DNA of 64,000 bases, from IMG/VR virus record IMGVR_UViG_3300005965_000002, positions 124,001 to 188,000 of that record. The stretch is one strand, 5' to 3'. Positions within the stretch are counted from its first letter, which is position 1, and each line of letters starts with the position of its first letter. The notes below the pieces were generated by a model that did no database searches, had not been told where the DNA came from, and saw only the letters and a list, made by a program, of their open reading frames with translations. The position numbers and the translations under genes are program-made. Of this stretch, positions 18,434-31,856 are shown piece by piece.

Positions 18434-18472
18434 AGGCCTCTCTTCATATAACTCATAATAAGAGAGGTTAAT

Positions 18473-18928
18473 ATGGCAGCGCCTAAAATTCAAATATACT
18501 TTAATGATGAAAAGATTAGATTGTACTGGTCAAAGGCTGACTCTAGTACATATAGAGGTTTCTTTTTGTACTATTCGACGTCTTCGGCTATGGCTGGTGA
18601 GTCTAAGGTAACTGATAAGGAACTACCTAATGTAGTAGATTCCACCTACAGCCGTGAACATATAATTTATACTTTTAACCGCAGCGATATCAGCATGCCT
18701 TTAGATTCCGGTTTTTTTGCTCGATTGAAAGGTGTAACGCCAGCCGGATCTGAAGACTCAGCCAGCCCTGGGCCCACTGTTTATATACCAAGCACTTATG
18801 AAAAAGTACCACAGTACCAGGCAGTGATTATTCACGGGTATGATCCAGAGTTTGGTGTGTGGAGGAGGAGCAAGATGCGTAAGGATACTACTGGAGGTAG
18901 TGACGCAGGTGAGATAGATACCTTCTAA
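18473..18928 (+). CDS. Fibronectin-III/Ig-like virion protein
   Basis: IRLYWS...YRGFFLYYS...FFARLKGV...EDSASPG pattern resembles FN3 strands. Confidence 0.5.
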   Translation: MAAPKIQIYFNDEKIRLYWSKADSSTYRGFFLYYSTSSAMAGESKVTDKELPNVVDSTYSREHIIYTFNRSDISMPLDSGFFARLKGVTPAGSEDSASPGPTVYIPSTYEKVPQYQAVIIHGYDPEFGVWRRSKMRKDTTGGSDAGEIDTF

Positions 18929-18939
18929 AGGAACTACTA

Positions 18940-19908
18940 ATGATTGAAAGTAACCGCACAGCTGGGATAACAAAATATCTGGATTCTCCATCTCAGGTAT
19001 TTAATAGGCTAAAGGACGAGACTCTATTATTCTTTGACACAGAAACTACTGGTCTTAACCCCCACCAGTGCCAGTTGACTGAAATTGCTGCTCAGGTAGT
19101 AAGAGGCCCTAGCTTTGAAGTCATTGATAGCTTTGATAGGAAAATAGATCTTAACGAAAAGACTTTGAATAAAATCAAAGAGGAGTCTGAGGGTCACAAA
19201 GACCCTAAAAAAATGACTGTCGAACAGATTCTAAAGATGAATCGATATCACGATAATACTAAAAAGTCAGAATCTGAAGACAAAGTGTTGAATGACTTTT
19301 ATGATTTCTGCAAAAAGTATAATCCTATTATAGTAGCTCAGAACGCAAAATTTGATCTTGATTTCGTTAACACTCGTGGAGATAAAAAGATACCGAATAA
19401 GGGTGTTTATGACACAATGCTTATGGCACGGTATTGGTTCATCCCGGCTGTTAAAACTCTTTCAGAAAAAGATGTATTAAAGGAAAAAATTAGAAGTCGA
19501 ATTATTACGGATGATAAAGGAAAAATTCGATCCACTTTAGGAAATCTTATTAAAGCTTTTGCTGAAAAAATCTCAGGATGGCACCGTGCTATAGATGATG
19601 TAAAATCTACGGTTAAGGCGTTCCAAAAGATTATGAACTACTTCGAGGAATATAAGGATGTTCATGAAGAAGATAAATATAAGAGTGAGATGGGAAAAGC
19701 ACTAAGACGGCAAAAAGAAGTCACTATGACGCCTGGTAAAAAGAAGTGGCTGGAAAAGCAAAGAGGCAAGAAATTGGAATATAAGTATGCCTCAAGTATT
19801 GTGAGTGCTTTGGATCTATTAGCAGATAAGTTAGAATTTAAAGGATATACGAAAAAAGCATGTCAATTAGATATACTTAGTAATTCTATAGAATCATTTA
19901 TTAGATAG
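18940..19908 (+). CDS. DEDDh 3'-5' exonuclease (DnaQ/epsilon-like) with C-terminal helical extension
   Basis: Exo I FFDTETTG, Exo II AQNAKFDLDF, Exo III WHRAIDDV. Confidence 0.88.
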   Translation: MIESNRTAGITKYLDSPSQVFNRLKDETLLFFDTETTGLNPHQCQLTEIAAQVVRGPSFEVIDSFDRKIDLNEKTLNKIKEESEGHKDPKKMTVEQILKMNRYHDNTKKSESEDKVLNDFYDFCKKYNPIIVAQNAKFDLDFVNTRGDKKIPNKGVYDTMLMARYWFIPAVKTLSEKDVLKEKIRSRIITDDKGKIRSTLGNLIKAFAEKISGWHRAIDDVKSTVKAFQKIMNYFEEYKDVHEEDKYKSEMGKALRRQKEVTMTPGKKKWLEKQRGKKLEYKYASSIVSALDLLADKLEFKGYTKKACQLDILSNSIESFIR

Positions 19909-19927
19909 TCTATTAAGGTGCTAACTA

Positions 19928-19941
19928 ATAATCTTTTAATA
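19928..19941 (+). promoter_or_regulatory. Putative late promoter motif copy 4
   Basis: ATAATCTTTTAATA upstream of 20027. Confidence 0.6.
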
Positions 19942-20026
19942 CGGCAAGATTTATGAGAGGAGTCTTTTTATAGGGCTCTATTTACATAAAACACTGTAGA
20001 AATAACTCCTAAAGGAGGAAGTAAAA

Positions 20027-20458
20027 ATGGCTGACAATCAATTAAGAATTCAGTACACCGGTACAAATGTTGGTAAGATTTACCTCAATGATATCGGAAA
20101 ACGTTACCAGCTCGGTGGAGGCCAGGAAGGTGATTATTACAATCATTCTGGTCAAGATAGATACATCATCTGGGGAGAAACTCTCGTCCTGCAGAAGAGC
20201 GGTGAAGTTCTCAGCTCCTGGGCTGATGGTATTCTGAAGTATTTCTCAACTGAAAGCAGCTCAACTGCTTTTACCAATGGCGCTCCTCTGACTATTACTG
20301 AGGGTACCTACACATCTGCTGACGAGGTTCCTCGTTCAGATATTGGTGTGACTTCTGGTTCCCGTTTTGAGGACTCCTACCTCACTCGTCTTGCTAATGA
20401 CCGTTGGGAACCGACCGGTGCTGCTGGTGCGACTGGTAAGTTCGTTGGTACTATCTAA
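20027..20458 (+). CDS. Probable abundant virion structural protein
   Basis: Very strong RBS (aaaggaggaag), MCP-like codon bias, followed by a hairpin. Confidence 0.6.
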   Translation: MADNQLRIQYTGTNVGKIYLNDIGKRYQLGGGQEGDYYNHSGQDRYIIWGETLVLQKSGEVLSSWADGILKYFSTESSSTAFTNGAPLTITEGTYTSADEVPRSDIGVTSGSRFEDSYLTRLANDRWEPTGAAGATGKFVGTI

Positions 20459-20475
20459 GTTGGATAGGTAATGGT

Positions 20476-20501
20476 GCTACTGCTCCTTCGGGGGCAGTAG
20501 C
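20476..20501 (+). terminator. UUCG-loop hairpin (terminator or mRNA stabiliser)
   Basis: gctactgctcc-ttcg-ggggcagtagc; T tract weak. Confidence 0.6.
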
Positions 20502-20544
20502 TTCCTATAAATTTTTATTATAGATGAAATAAAAGGAATATAGA

Positions 20545-20829
20545 ATGAATAACAGCACAATACATGGAGACTTAATTCACACGGATGAAGGTGTAAAAAC
20601 CTGTGACTTATATCTCGCTGCTTTTTTTGTTTCCGCAGCGTGCCCTATTAAGAAGACACTTAAGGATCCAAGAAGAGTTTATTTTCTTTTTGATAATCCT
20701 GAAATCATAGAAAAGTTAAGAGAAGATTATTACACTCGACAGGCTAATATTGATGCACTAACTTATGCCGATAATATTAAATCTTTAAAAAGTCTTTGCG
20801 CAAGCATAACTGATAACTTAAGGAGATGA
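20545..20829 (+). CDS. Small DUF5659-like protein
   Basis: KTCDLYLAAFF...RVYFLF...YY pattern. Confidence 0.6.
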   Translation: MNNSTIHGDLIHTDEGVKTCDLYLAAFFVSAACPIKKTLKDPRRVYFLFDNPEIIEKLREDYYTRQANIDALTYADNIKSLKSLCASITDNLRR

Positions 20830-20837
20830 GGTAAAAA

Positions 20838-21047
20838 GTGGCAACCTCTGATACTTTTCAAGGACGAATAGGAACCGTATCTCCAGCCTTCGCCCAATAC
20901 TACGAAACTATCGGTATTAATTTAGATATAGGCGCTTCTGGGGTAGCAGGCGTAACTGGTGCAAATACCCTTCAACCCTGGAAGCATGTTGTAGGTCTAA
21001 CAGGTATACAGGGCAGCAATAGAGTACACTCCAACCACGAGTATTAA
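20838..21047 (+). CDS. Small hypothetical protein with collagen-like stubs
   Basis: GTG start after gaggt; GASGVAGVTGA and GLTGIQG. Confidence 0.55.
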   Translation: MATSDTFQGRIGTVSPAFAQYYETIGINLDIGASGVAGVTGANTLQPWKHVVGLTGIQGSNRVHSNHEY

Positions 21048-21048
21048 A

Positions 21049-21546
21049 ATGCTTAGAACTACTGCTGTACAATCTATGAAACTGCTTGCTTCCAAGAATT
21101 TTGAATTGGGTGAGGTAGTTTTTAAAGGTTTTGATTCGGTCGAAGAGTACGAGTCTGAAGGTACTATTAATATCACTAGAGATAACTTTGATCAACAAAT
21201 AGAGCACGAATACAACCAGCTGGATATTTGGGCAGAGCTTTCAATTTCATATTCTGGTGATTGCCCGGATAGCTATAGAGTAATTAATTCCATGATTATG
21301 GATTGGGTTGATGATAACGAGGATAAAATTAAAGAGATCGTTAATCCAGAATTGAAAAAATTTCTAAATGATAAATATCCTGACATAGATGATTCCGATT
21401 TGGATACTGACTTTGATGATTATATATGGGAAGATCAGGTTGATTATACCCCTGAAGTTGATATAGAAAATAAGAAAATAGATTTTTCTGTTGAGCTAGT
21501 CCTTGAGATAGCTGATGAAAACGAGGACGAAGAGGATGAAGAATAA
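21049..21546 (+). CDS. Highly acidic hypothetical protein
   Basis: 165 aa, D/E-rich, ends EDENEDEEDEE. Confidence 0.65.
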   Translation: MLRTTAVQSMKLLASKNFELGEVVFKGFDSVEEYESEGTINITRDNFDQQIEHEYNQLDIWAELSISYSGDCPDSYRVINSMIMDWVDDNEDKIKEIVNPELKKFLNDKYPDIDDSDLDTDFDDYIWEDQVDYTPEVDIENKKIDFSVELVLEIADENEDEEDEE

Positions 21547-21572
21547 AAACAAAGAGGGAATTTAGCGATACA

Positions 21573-21719
21573 ATGGTTAACAACAATGTCGCTGATGGGC
21601 CTGACAGATCCAGACCAGATTATAGAGAAGTTAAGCCTGTTAACCAATCTACTAATGTTACTTCCACTAATAGAAGTGGTGGCCCATTAGTGGGTGAGCT
21701 GCAGACAAAACAAAAATAA
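21573..21719 (+). CDS. Small 48-aa protein (not in ORF track)
   Basis: MVNNNVADGPDRSRPDY...LQTKQK; stop abuts the RBS of the next gene. Confidence 0.4.
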   Translation: MVNNNVADGPDRSRPDYREVKPVNQSTNVTSTNRSGGPLVGELQTKQK

Positions 21720-21729
21720 GGAGTGAAAA

Positions 21730-21876
21730 ATGCCTAGAGATACAAGACCTGGAGGAAACAGGATTCAGCCGGATGCTTTTCCTCATGAGCAAACAAATCA
21801 GACTAAAGCTGAGAAAGTAACACAAGTACCGAGCGGTACAATTGTCGGAGAAAAAAAGGATTACATAAACGGTTAA
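21730..21876 (+). CDS. Small 48-aa protein (not in ORF track)
   Basis: aaggag RBS; MPRDTRPGGNRIQPDAF...KKDYING; followed by terminator. Confidence 0.55.
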   Translation: MPRDTRPGGNRIQPDAFPHEQTNQTKAEKVTQVPSGTIVGEKKDYING

Positions 21877-21899
21877 CCTTCAGCTTAATCAGATCCACT

Positions 21900-21929
21900 A
21901 AGGCTGGGCAGAAATGTCCAGCCTTTTTT
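21900..21929 (+). terminator. Rho-independent terminator
   Basis: aaggctgggca-gaaa-tgtccagcctt + T tract. Confidence 0.85.
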
Positions 21930-21947
21930 GTTTTAAAGGCATAGGTA

Positions 21948-21961
21948 ATAATGTTTTAATA
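21948..21961 (+). promoter_or_regulatory. Putative late promoter motif copy 5
   Basis: ATAATGTTTTAATA upstream of the collagen gene. Confidence 0.6.
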
Positions 21962-22002
21962 AATCTTGTTATTGATATCTATGTTTCCCGGAGGTATTAA
22001 TC

Positions 22003-26643
<4,641 letters not shown>

Positions 26644-26646
26644 GAT

Positions 26647-27717
26647 ATGGCTGATACAGCAGTAAGCTCGGTACAAATAGGACAAAAGATAGTATCGTCC
26701 GCTGATTCTTCAGATACTGTAACAATTAGTTCCGTAGACACTACAAAGTCTGTCCTTTTTTATAGCGTACGAATGTCTGAAGGATCTGGGCCTGACGAAG
26801 AGAGAATAGTAGGAGAATTAACAGACAGCACTACTTTAACATTTACTAAAAGAAGCTCTGGTTTAGATATTATAGTAGAGTGGAAAGTTGTAGAGTTTAG
26901 CTCCGGTGTGTCTGTGCAAAGAGGGAGCATCACGGGGGCATCCTCAACGGAAGATGTGACTATTACCAATGTATCAGATACTACAAAATGTTTTGTTCTG
27001 GTAAATTCTTTTTATGATGATTCTTCCTATAATAGGACTCCTGAAGTAATTACTGGATATCTGTCTTCGACTACAAATTTGAGGTTAGAGTGTGGTAGTG
27101 GTAACACAAACGGCATATGGGTATGGCAGGTAGTAAAAATAGACAATGCCAGTGTTCAGACTGGTGAGTTTACTATGACAACCATAAGCGCTACTGCTAC
27201 TATCTCGTCGGTGACTACTTCGAAATCTTTTGTTGTATCAGGGGCTCGGGATTCCGCCGCGAAGGTTAACGGTCCAGATGACTGGTCTATTACTTGTGAT
27301 TTAACAAATTCTACAACAGTAACTGCTTACAGAAAAAATAACGCTAGAGATCTTGTAGTTAGGTATCACGTTGTATCTCTGTCTGATACCGATTTTTCTG
27401 TCCAAAGGAATTTAGAAAGTATTACTTCCACATCTGCTCAAAATATTACAATTTCATCAGTAGATACCGATAGATCCGTGCCTATCGTAGGGGGTAAAGG
27501 TAATTTTAGTGCTATTACCAGTGAGGGCAGCACCAGTAACGGACTCCACCATATAGGAACTACTTTAATTCTTACCTCTTCAACTAATTTGCAGGTAGAA
27601 AATGAAGGGTATACCTCTGGTGATGACGTGGATCTATATTGGCAAGTTCTTGAGTTTCCCGGAGAAGCATTGGCTGTTATCCCAATGCAGATCATCTGGA
27701 TCCCAAGCATAAACTAA
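26647..27717 (+). CDS. Ser/Thr-rich structural protein with three ~110-aa repeats (fibre-associated)
   Basis: Three units of S/VQxG...TISSVDTxKS...L...TxL...W/YxVVxF. Confidence 0.7.
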   Translation: MADTAVSSVQIGQKIVSSADSSDTVTISSVDTTKSVLFYSVRMSEGSGPDEERIVGELTDSTTLTFTKRSSGLDIIVEWKVVEFSSGVSVQRGSITGASSTEDVTITNVSDTTKCFVLVNSFYDDSSYNRTPEVITGYLSSTTNLRLECGSGNTNGIWVWQVVKIDNASVQTGEFTMTTISATATISSVTTSKSFVVSGARDSAAKVNGPDDWSITCDLTNSTTVTAYRKNNARDLVVRYHVVSLSDTDFSVQRNLESITSTSAQNITISSVDTDRSVPIVGGKGNFSAITSEGSTSNGLHHIGTTLILTSSTNLQVENEGYTSGDDVDLYWQVLEFPGEALAVIPMQIIWIPSIN

Positions 27718-27731
27718 ATAATGTATTAATA
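27718..27731 (+). promoter_or_regulatory. Putative late promoter motif copy 6
   Basis: ATAATGTATTAATA upstream of 27773. Confidence 0.6.
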
Positions 27732-27772
27732 AAAAATTACCTACGGGTTTAAAGATAAATAAGGAGAGATAA

Positions 27773-29305
27773 ATGTCAGTAGCTTTTTATCCGGGTCAAA
27801 CGCTAGAAAGCACAGACCTTAATATTATCATAAGAAACGACACAGGAACCCCTGTAGATCCGTTTTATATTCGTTACTCGCTTTTTGATAATACTACTGG
27901 TATTCCCGTCCTTATAGGAGCTCCAAATAGAGTGCCCGCGACCACCGGGGTTGGTAAGTACTATGCAAATGCTACTTTACCACTAGATTCCAATATAGGC
28001 GATTGGATGATCCATTGGGATTTTAGAGAAACCTCAGGCAGTCCGATGGTACAGGTAGTCCAAGAATTTAATGTAGTGGACCAGGAAGTACGAATAACTG
28101 TATCCGATAATAATAACATGAATGATATGATCCGTAGAGTCAGAGTGCTCTTGCGAGACAATAATCCCGACAGAAATTATCGCTTCAGACCACCAGCTTC
28201 AGAAAAGTTCCTACAATCTCAAGCACAGGTTTTTGGTTATATCTGGGAAGATGAAGAAATACTTGAATACATTTTAATGGCTATTGATGACTTTAATGCT
28301 GCCCCTCCTGTAACCGGGGTAACTATAGATAGTATCCCGCTGAGATGGCGTACAGCCGTTATTCTTAGGGCTTGTTCGTTTGCCTGTTTTGCTATTGCAA
28401 TGAACTGGATAGCTGATGAGTTTTCCGTAAAAGGGGACGAAAAGGTTAAGGTTAAGGACGAGGAAGGTAACGTTTATGAATTATCATTAGAAGAACTATT
28501 TGATGTAATATATGGTGATAAAATTTTGGAGATGGAGAAAGAAGTACGGGACGAATATAAGAAAGTTATGAAGGAACTAGATAGTGATCAATTAGTTATG
28601 AATAGAGAAAAAAACACATTTGTAAAAACCATAAAAAAAGTTTTCAGGAAGATAAAGGATATCCTTGTAAAGAAAAAAGCATACAATGTTGATAAGATAA
28701 AAGAATCTTTTTATAAAGGTAGGCTAGAAGTAAAAAGCTTATCGGAAGATAAGGGGAATGTTGATTGGGTACCTATAAAGGATATATATAGGCACAATTC
28801 CCTATATAAAAAGATGATAAAGGTAGTTACGGATAAAGGAGATGTAGTAGTAACCGACGACCACAGTTTGTTTTCTTGGGAGACAAAAAAGCCTATAGCA
28901 GCTAATAAGTTGAAGATAGGGTATCCAATAATAGCTAATGAAAATAATATTTTAGTAAAAGCTGTCATAAGAAGTATAGAAGATAATCCCGCCGAAAATT
29001 ATACATATGATTTATGCGTACCTGGAACCGAGAGCGCTTTTTTGTCCTCTGGTATTTTGGTTCATAATTCTTATACCATATCAGGCGTATCTCTGGATGT
29101 TGATAAAAGTGCAAAATATGAAGGTATGAAGAACAACTTTATCACTGAGTATGATAAGTTAAAAGAACAAGCCAAGAGATCTATTAAGATCATCCGTGGC
29201 CTTCGTCAACCGAGATACGGTGTGGGCATTTCCTCAGCACTCGGACCCTATAGTAGCCCGGGTGTCCAAGCCCGCCGCAACTTTATATCTGGCTTTAGAA
29301 ATTAA
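27773..29305 (+). CDS. Neck / head-tail connector protein interrupted by an intein
   Basis: IRRVRVLLRD...WEDEEI...AIDDFN connector-like core; exteins join as WIADEF|SYTISGVSLD. Confidence 0.7.
   Translation: MSVAFYPGQTLESTDLNIIIRNDTGTPVDPFYIRYSLFDNTTGIPVLIGAPNRVPATTGVGKYYANATLPLDSNIGDWMIHWDFRETSGSPMVQVVQEFNVVDQEVRITVSDNNNMNDMIRRVRVLLRDNNPDRNYRFRPPASEKFLQSQAQVFGYIWEDEEILEYILMAIDDFNAAPPVTGVTIDSIPLRWRTAVILRACSFACFAIAMNWIADEFSVKGDEKVKVKDEEGNVYELSLEELFDVIYGDKILEMEKEVRDEYKKVMKELDSDQLVMNREKNTFVKTIKKVFRKIKDILVKKKAYNVDKIKESFYKGRLEVKSLSEDKGNVDWVPIKDIYRHNSLYKKMIKVVTDKGDVVVTDDHSLFSWETKKPIAANKLKIGYPIIANENNILVKAVIRSIEDNPAENYTYDLCVPGTESAFLSSGILVHNSYTISGVSLDVDKSAKYEGMKNNFITEYDKLKEQAKRSIKIIRGLRQPRYGVGISSALGPYSSPGVQARRNFISGFRN
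28424..29068 (+). mobile_element. Mini-intein (215 aa, Ser1, no endonuclease)
   Basis: Starts SVKGDEKVKV; block B VVVTDDHSLF; block F YTYDLCVPGTE; ends ILVHN followed by Ser. Confidence 0.85.
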
Positions 29306-31731
29306 TTTTCTTTATTGATTATATTTATTTGTCTTTTTATCCATCTTTTATTTTCATTTAAATGCTCAGCCATTTCTTGATATGTCATAGTGCCCCTATT
29401 ATTCTTTATAAAGTATATTTTATATTTATTTTTTCGGCTTTTAGTACTACCTATAGGATTCTTCGGAGACAGAATTCCATCTTTTATCATAGATCTTACT
29501 CTGCCACTGACCCATCTTTTAGTTTCGTTTAAGTTTATAGCTATTTTTTCCTGGGTCAAGCTTTGGTAGTTATCTAAGATATATTGATCTTTTTCTTTTG
29601 TGATTCTAGAGTTGTTACTTATCCTTTTGCTTGTTCTTTTGTTTTTAGATATTTTTATCAAGTTACTATAAAAGTCGCTAAAATCATCAACGGGTACACT
29701 ATTTCTTTTAGGGTAAACTTTATCTTTATATGTTTTAAGCTTTTCCAAAATTTGTTTTTCTCTTTTGTTACAGCTTGTGAGAAGTGCGTATTTATGTTTT
29801 TTTGAGATAGGTATCTTTACTGATTTATTAATAATGGATTTTATATCTTTGTACCACTGATGTAATATTTCCTTAGGTATCTTTTTTATATTTTTATATC
29901 CGTTGTCTTTAAACCATTCACTTTTAGTTTCTATTCCTTTACTTTTGCACCAAGCTTTAAAAGCTGAAGTTCTTTTTAAGCTTTGTTCAGAGAAGGGTAA
30001 ACCATTTTTAATTTCTTTATTTTGGTATACATAACCGGTTCCGAAATCATCCCCAAGATACGAAAAGTTACAACTTTGATATATAGTACCTATTTCATTT
30101 GCCTTTGGATCTGCGTAGCAGACAAATAGCCTCTTAGGTGTGTTTTTAGTCATCCACTTACAGGAAAACATTATTAACCTACTCCCTAGGTTTTTCGGTG
30201 TCCATGAAGCAGTAGCTCCCCGTTGTATAAGGGCTTCAAAGTGTTTCGTATTCTCTCCTAATAACTTAGAATAAGAGTTTGGCTCATTAATTAGAACTAC
30301 GCCGCCCAAAAATCCTTTATATCGTGCGGTAAAAACCCATTTAGGATTGTTTCCTATTGTACCTAACCATTCATACTTTTCTATAAAGTGTTTAATTTCT
30401 TTTGTATATTTTTCTTGCTTTAGCACAAAGTCTTTTGCCTTTATCTTTGAATAGTCAAAGCTTATATTTTCTAAATCATTTTTTAATGTAGATACTTTTA
30501 TTTTGTATTGATGGCAAACAGATTTAGACGCTTTTTTGTTTAACTCATCGGTGATAAATTCTATAATATCTCCTTTTTTTTCATGGTCTACGACCAACCT
30601 GGAGTCAAATCTTACTAAATTATCTATAACGGAGTTTTGCCTTTCATCTCTAATAGATGTTTTTAAGATATTTTCCTTTCTAGGCCCTTTCTTAAAATCT
30701 TTAATCTTACCATGCCAGAAATATCCATCATATTGTACCCACACGTTAATAGATGGTAGATAGAAATCAATATTAGATTTTGAAATAGGGTGGTATACCT
30801 GGAACTCGGTATAGGGGTCTATCTTTTTAAGATACATAAGAAATTTTATTTCTTCATCGGAAGAGCTAAAGGTATTTTTTTCTTTTGATGTGTTTAATAC
30901 TTTTTTATAGATTTCCTCATTCTGCAGGGGGCTAGGTACTCCATATTTTTTAATGTTGGTTTCTTTTATTTTTTCTTTTGTAGGTTCATCCTGAAATATG
31001 TTGTCTACTCCATACTTTTTGTTTAATGTAGATTTTACCTTATTCCTTACTGCAGGGTCTTGGGAAGGATACTCTACTCCTCTTCTTTTAAGATTAGTTT
31101 CTCGGCTTTTTCTTTTCATAGATTCTAATTGAGTGGTGTACTGCACTCCGTATTTAGCTTGTACGGCTTTGGAGGTACCTAGGACATTGTCTTTTTTTAT
31201 AATATCCGGGTTTCTACTTAGACCCAATTGGTTAGCTTTATACCTAATAGATTTCCATGATCTACTAAATTTATTGATTAAAAATTCTTTAGTATTGTTG
31301 ACATATATTTCTTTCAAAAGATTTATTTCTTCCTCTTTCCAGAAATCTTCTCTTTCTGGTACTTTTTTACCACCTTCAATAGATTCTTTTTTTACTATTT
31401 CCGGATCTCTCCTTAAACCCATTGCATAAGCTTTCCCCCAAATTCCAGACCAGGGTCTATTTAATTTGTCTTGGATTTCTTTTTTAGTACCAATTGGGTA
31501 TATTGACTTAAGAGTCGATAACTCTTCCTCGGACCAGGAATCTTTTCTTTTCCCCCTAGTGGCTCGGTCTTTTCCAATCACAGTGGCGTCTCTTTTTAAT
31601 CCTAGCTTTTTTGAGCGTCGATAGATAGTAGCCCATTCTTTATCGAGTAGTTTAGTCAATTCCGATTTTCTTTTATTTTCAAAATTTTCTCTTAGGATCT
31701 TATCTTCTTCAGGAGTCCATCGTTTAGCCAT
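29302..31731 (-). CDS. Myb-like repeats + basic repeats + DUF559/Vsr-like nuclease + Mom-like GNAT domain + HTH fusion
   Basis: 3x W(T/S/K)xEE..L..LGL.R repeats; KKYGV repeats; IDFYLP...VQYDGYFWHG; FIEKYEWLG...KNLGSRLI...YADPKANEIGTIYQSCNFSYLG; two terminal HTHs; only credible minus-strand gene. Confidence 0.8.
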   Translation of the reverse strand: MAKRWTPEEDKILRENFENKRKSELTKLLDKEWATIYRRSKKLGLKRDATVIGKDRATRGKRKDSWSEEELSTLKSIYPIGTKKEIQDKLNRPWSGIWGKAYAMGLRRDPEIVKKESIEGGKKVPEREDFWKEEEINLLKEIYVNNTKEFLINKFSRSWKSIRYKANQLGLSRNPDIIKKDNVLGTSKAVQAKYGVQYTTQLESMKRKSRETNLKRRGVEYPSQDPAVRNKVKSTLNKKYGVDNIFQDEPTKEKIKETNIKKYGVPSPLQNEEIYKKVLNTSKEKNTFSSSDEEIKFLMYLKKIDPYTEFQVYHPISKSNIDFYLPSINVWVQYDGYFWHGKIKDFKKGPRKENILKTSIRDERQNSVIDNLVRFDSRLVVDHEKKGDIIEFITDELNKKASKSVCHQYKIKVSTLKNDLENISFDYSKIKAKDFVLKQEKYTKEIKHFIEKYEWLGTIGNNPKWVFTARYKGFLGGVVLINEPNSYSKLLGENTKHFEALIQRGATASWTPKNLGSRLIMFSCKWMTKNTPKRLFVCYADPKANEIGTIYQSCNFSYLGDDFGTGYVYQNKEIKNGLPFSEQSLKRTSAFKAWCKSKGIETKSEWFKDNGYKNIKKIPKEILHQWYKDIKSIINKSVKIPISKKHKYALLTSCNKREKQILEKLKTYKDKVYPKRNSVPVDDFSDFYSNLIKISKNKRTSKRISNNSRITKEKDQYILDNYQSLTQEKIAINLNETKRWVSGRVRSMIKDGILSPKNPIGSTKSRKNKYKIYFIKNNRGTMTYQEMAEHLNENKRWIKRQINIINKEN

Positions 31732-31772
31732 TTTTTATCCTTCCTAGGATGTAATAGACCTGTTATTACTTT

Positions 31773-31801
31773 AATATACTCTTTTGCTAAAAGAAATTCA
31801 A
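31773..31801 (-). promoter_or_regulatory. Sigma70-like promoter for the minus-strand fusion gene
   Basis: Minus strand TTGAAT-N17-TATATT, 41 nt upstream of the start codon. Confidence 0.6.
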
Positions 31802-31805
31802 GTTA

Positions 31806-31819
31806 ATAATCTTATAATA
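31806..31819 (+). promoter_or_regulatory. Putative late promoter motif copy 7
   Basis: ATAATCTTATAATA upstream of 31857. Confidence 0.55.
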
Positions 31820-31856
31820 ATCATCCCTATATATTCTTAGTATCATTGGAGAGATT

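Noticed and set aside
29584-29805. 73-aa hydrophobic plus-strand ORF
   Set aside because: Antisense to the Lys-rich minus-strand gene, which yields Phe-rich shadows
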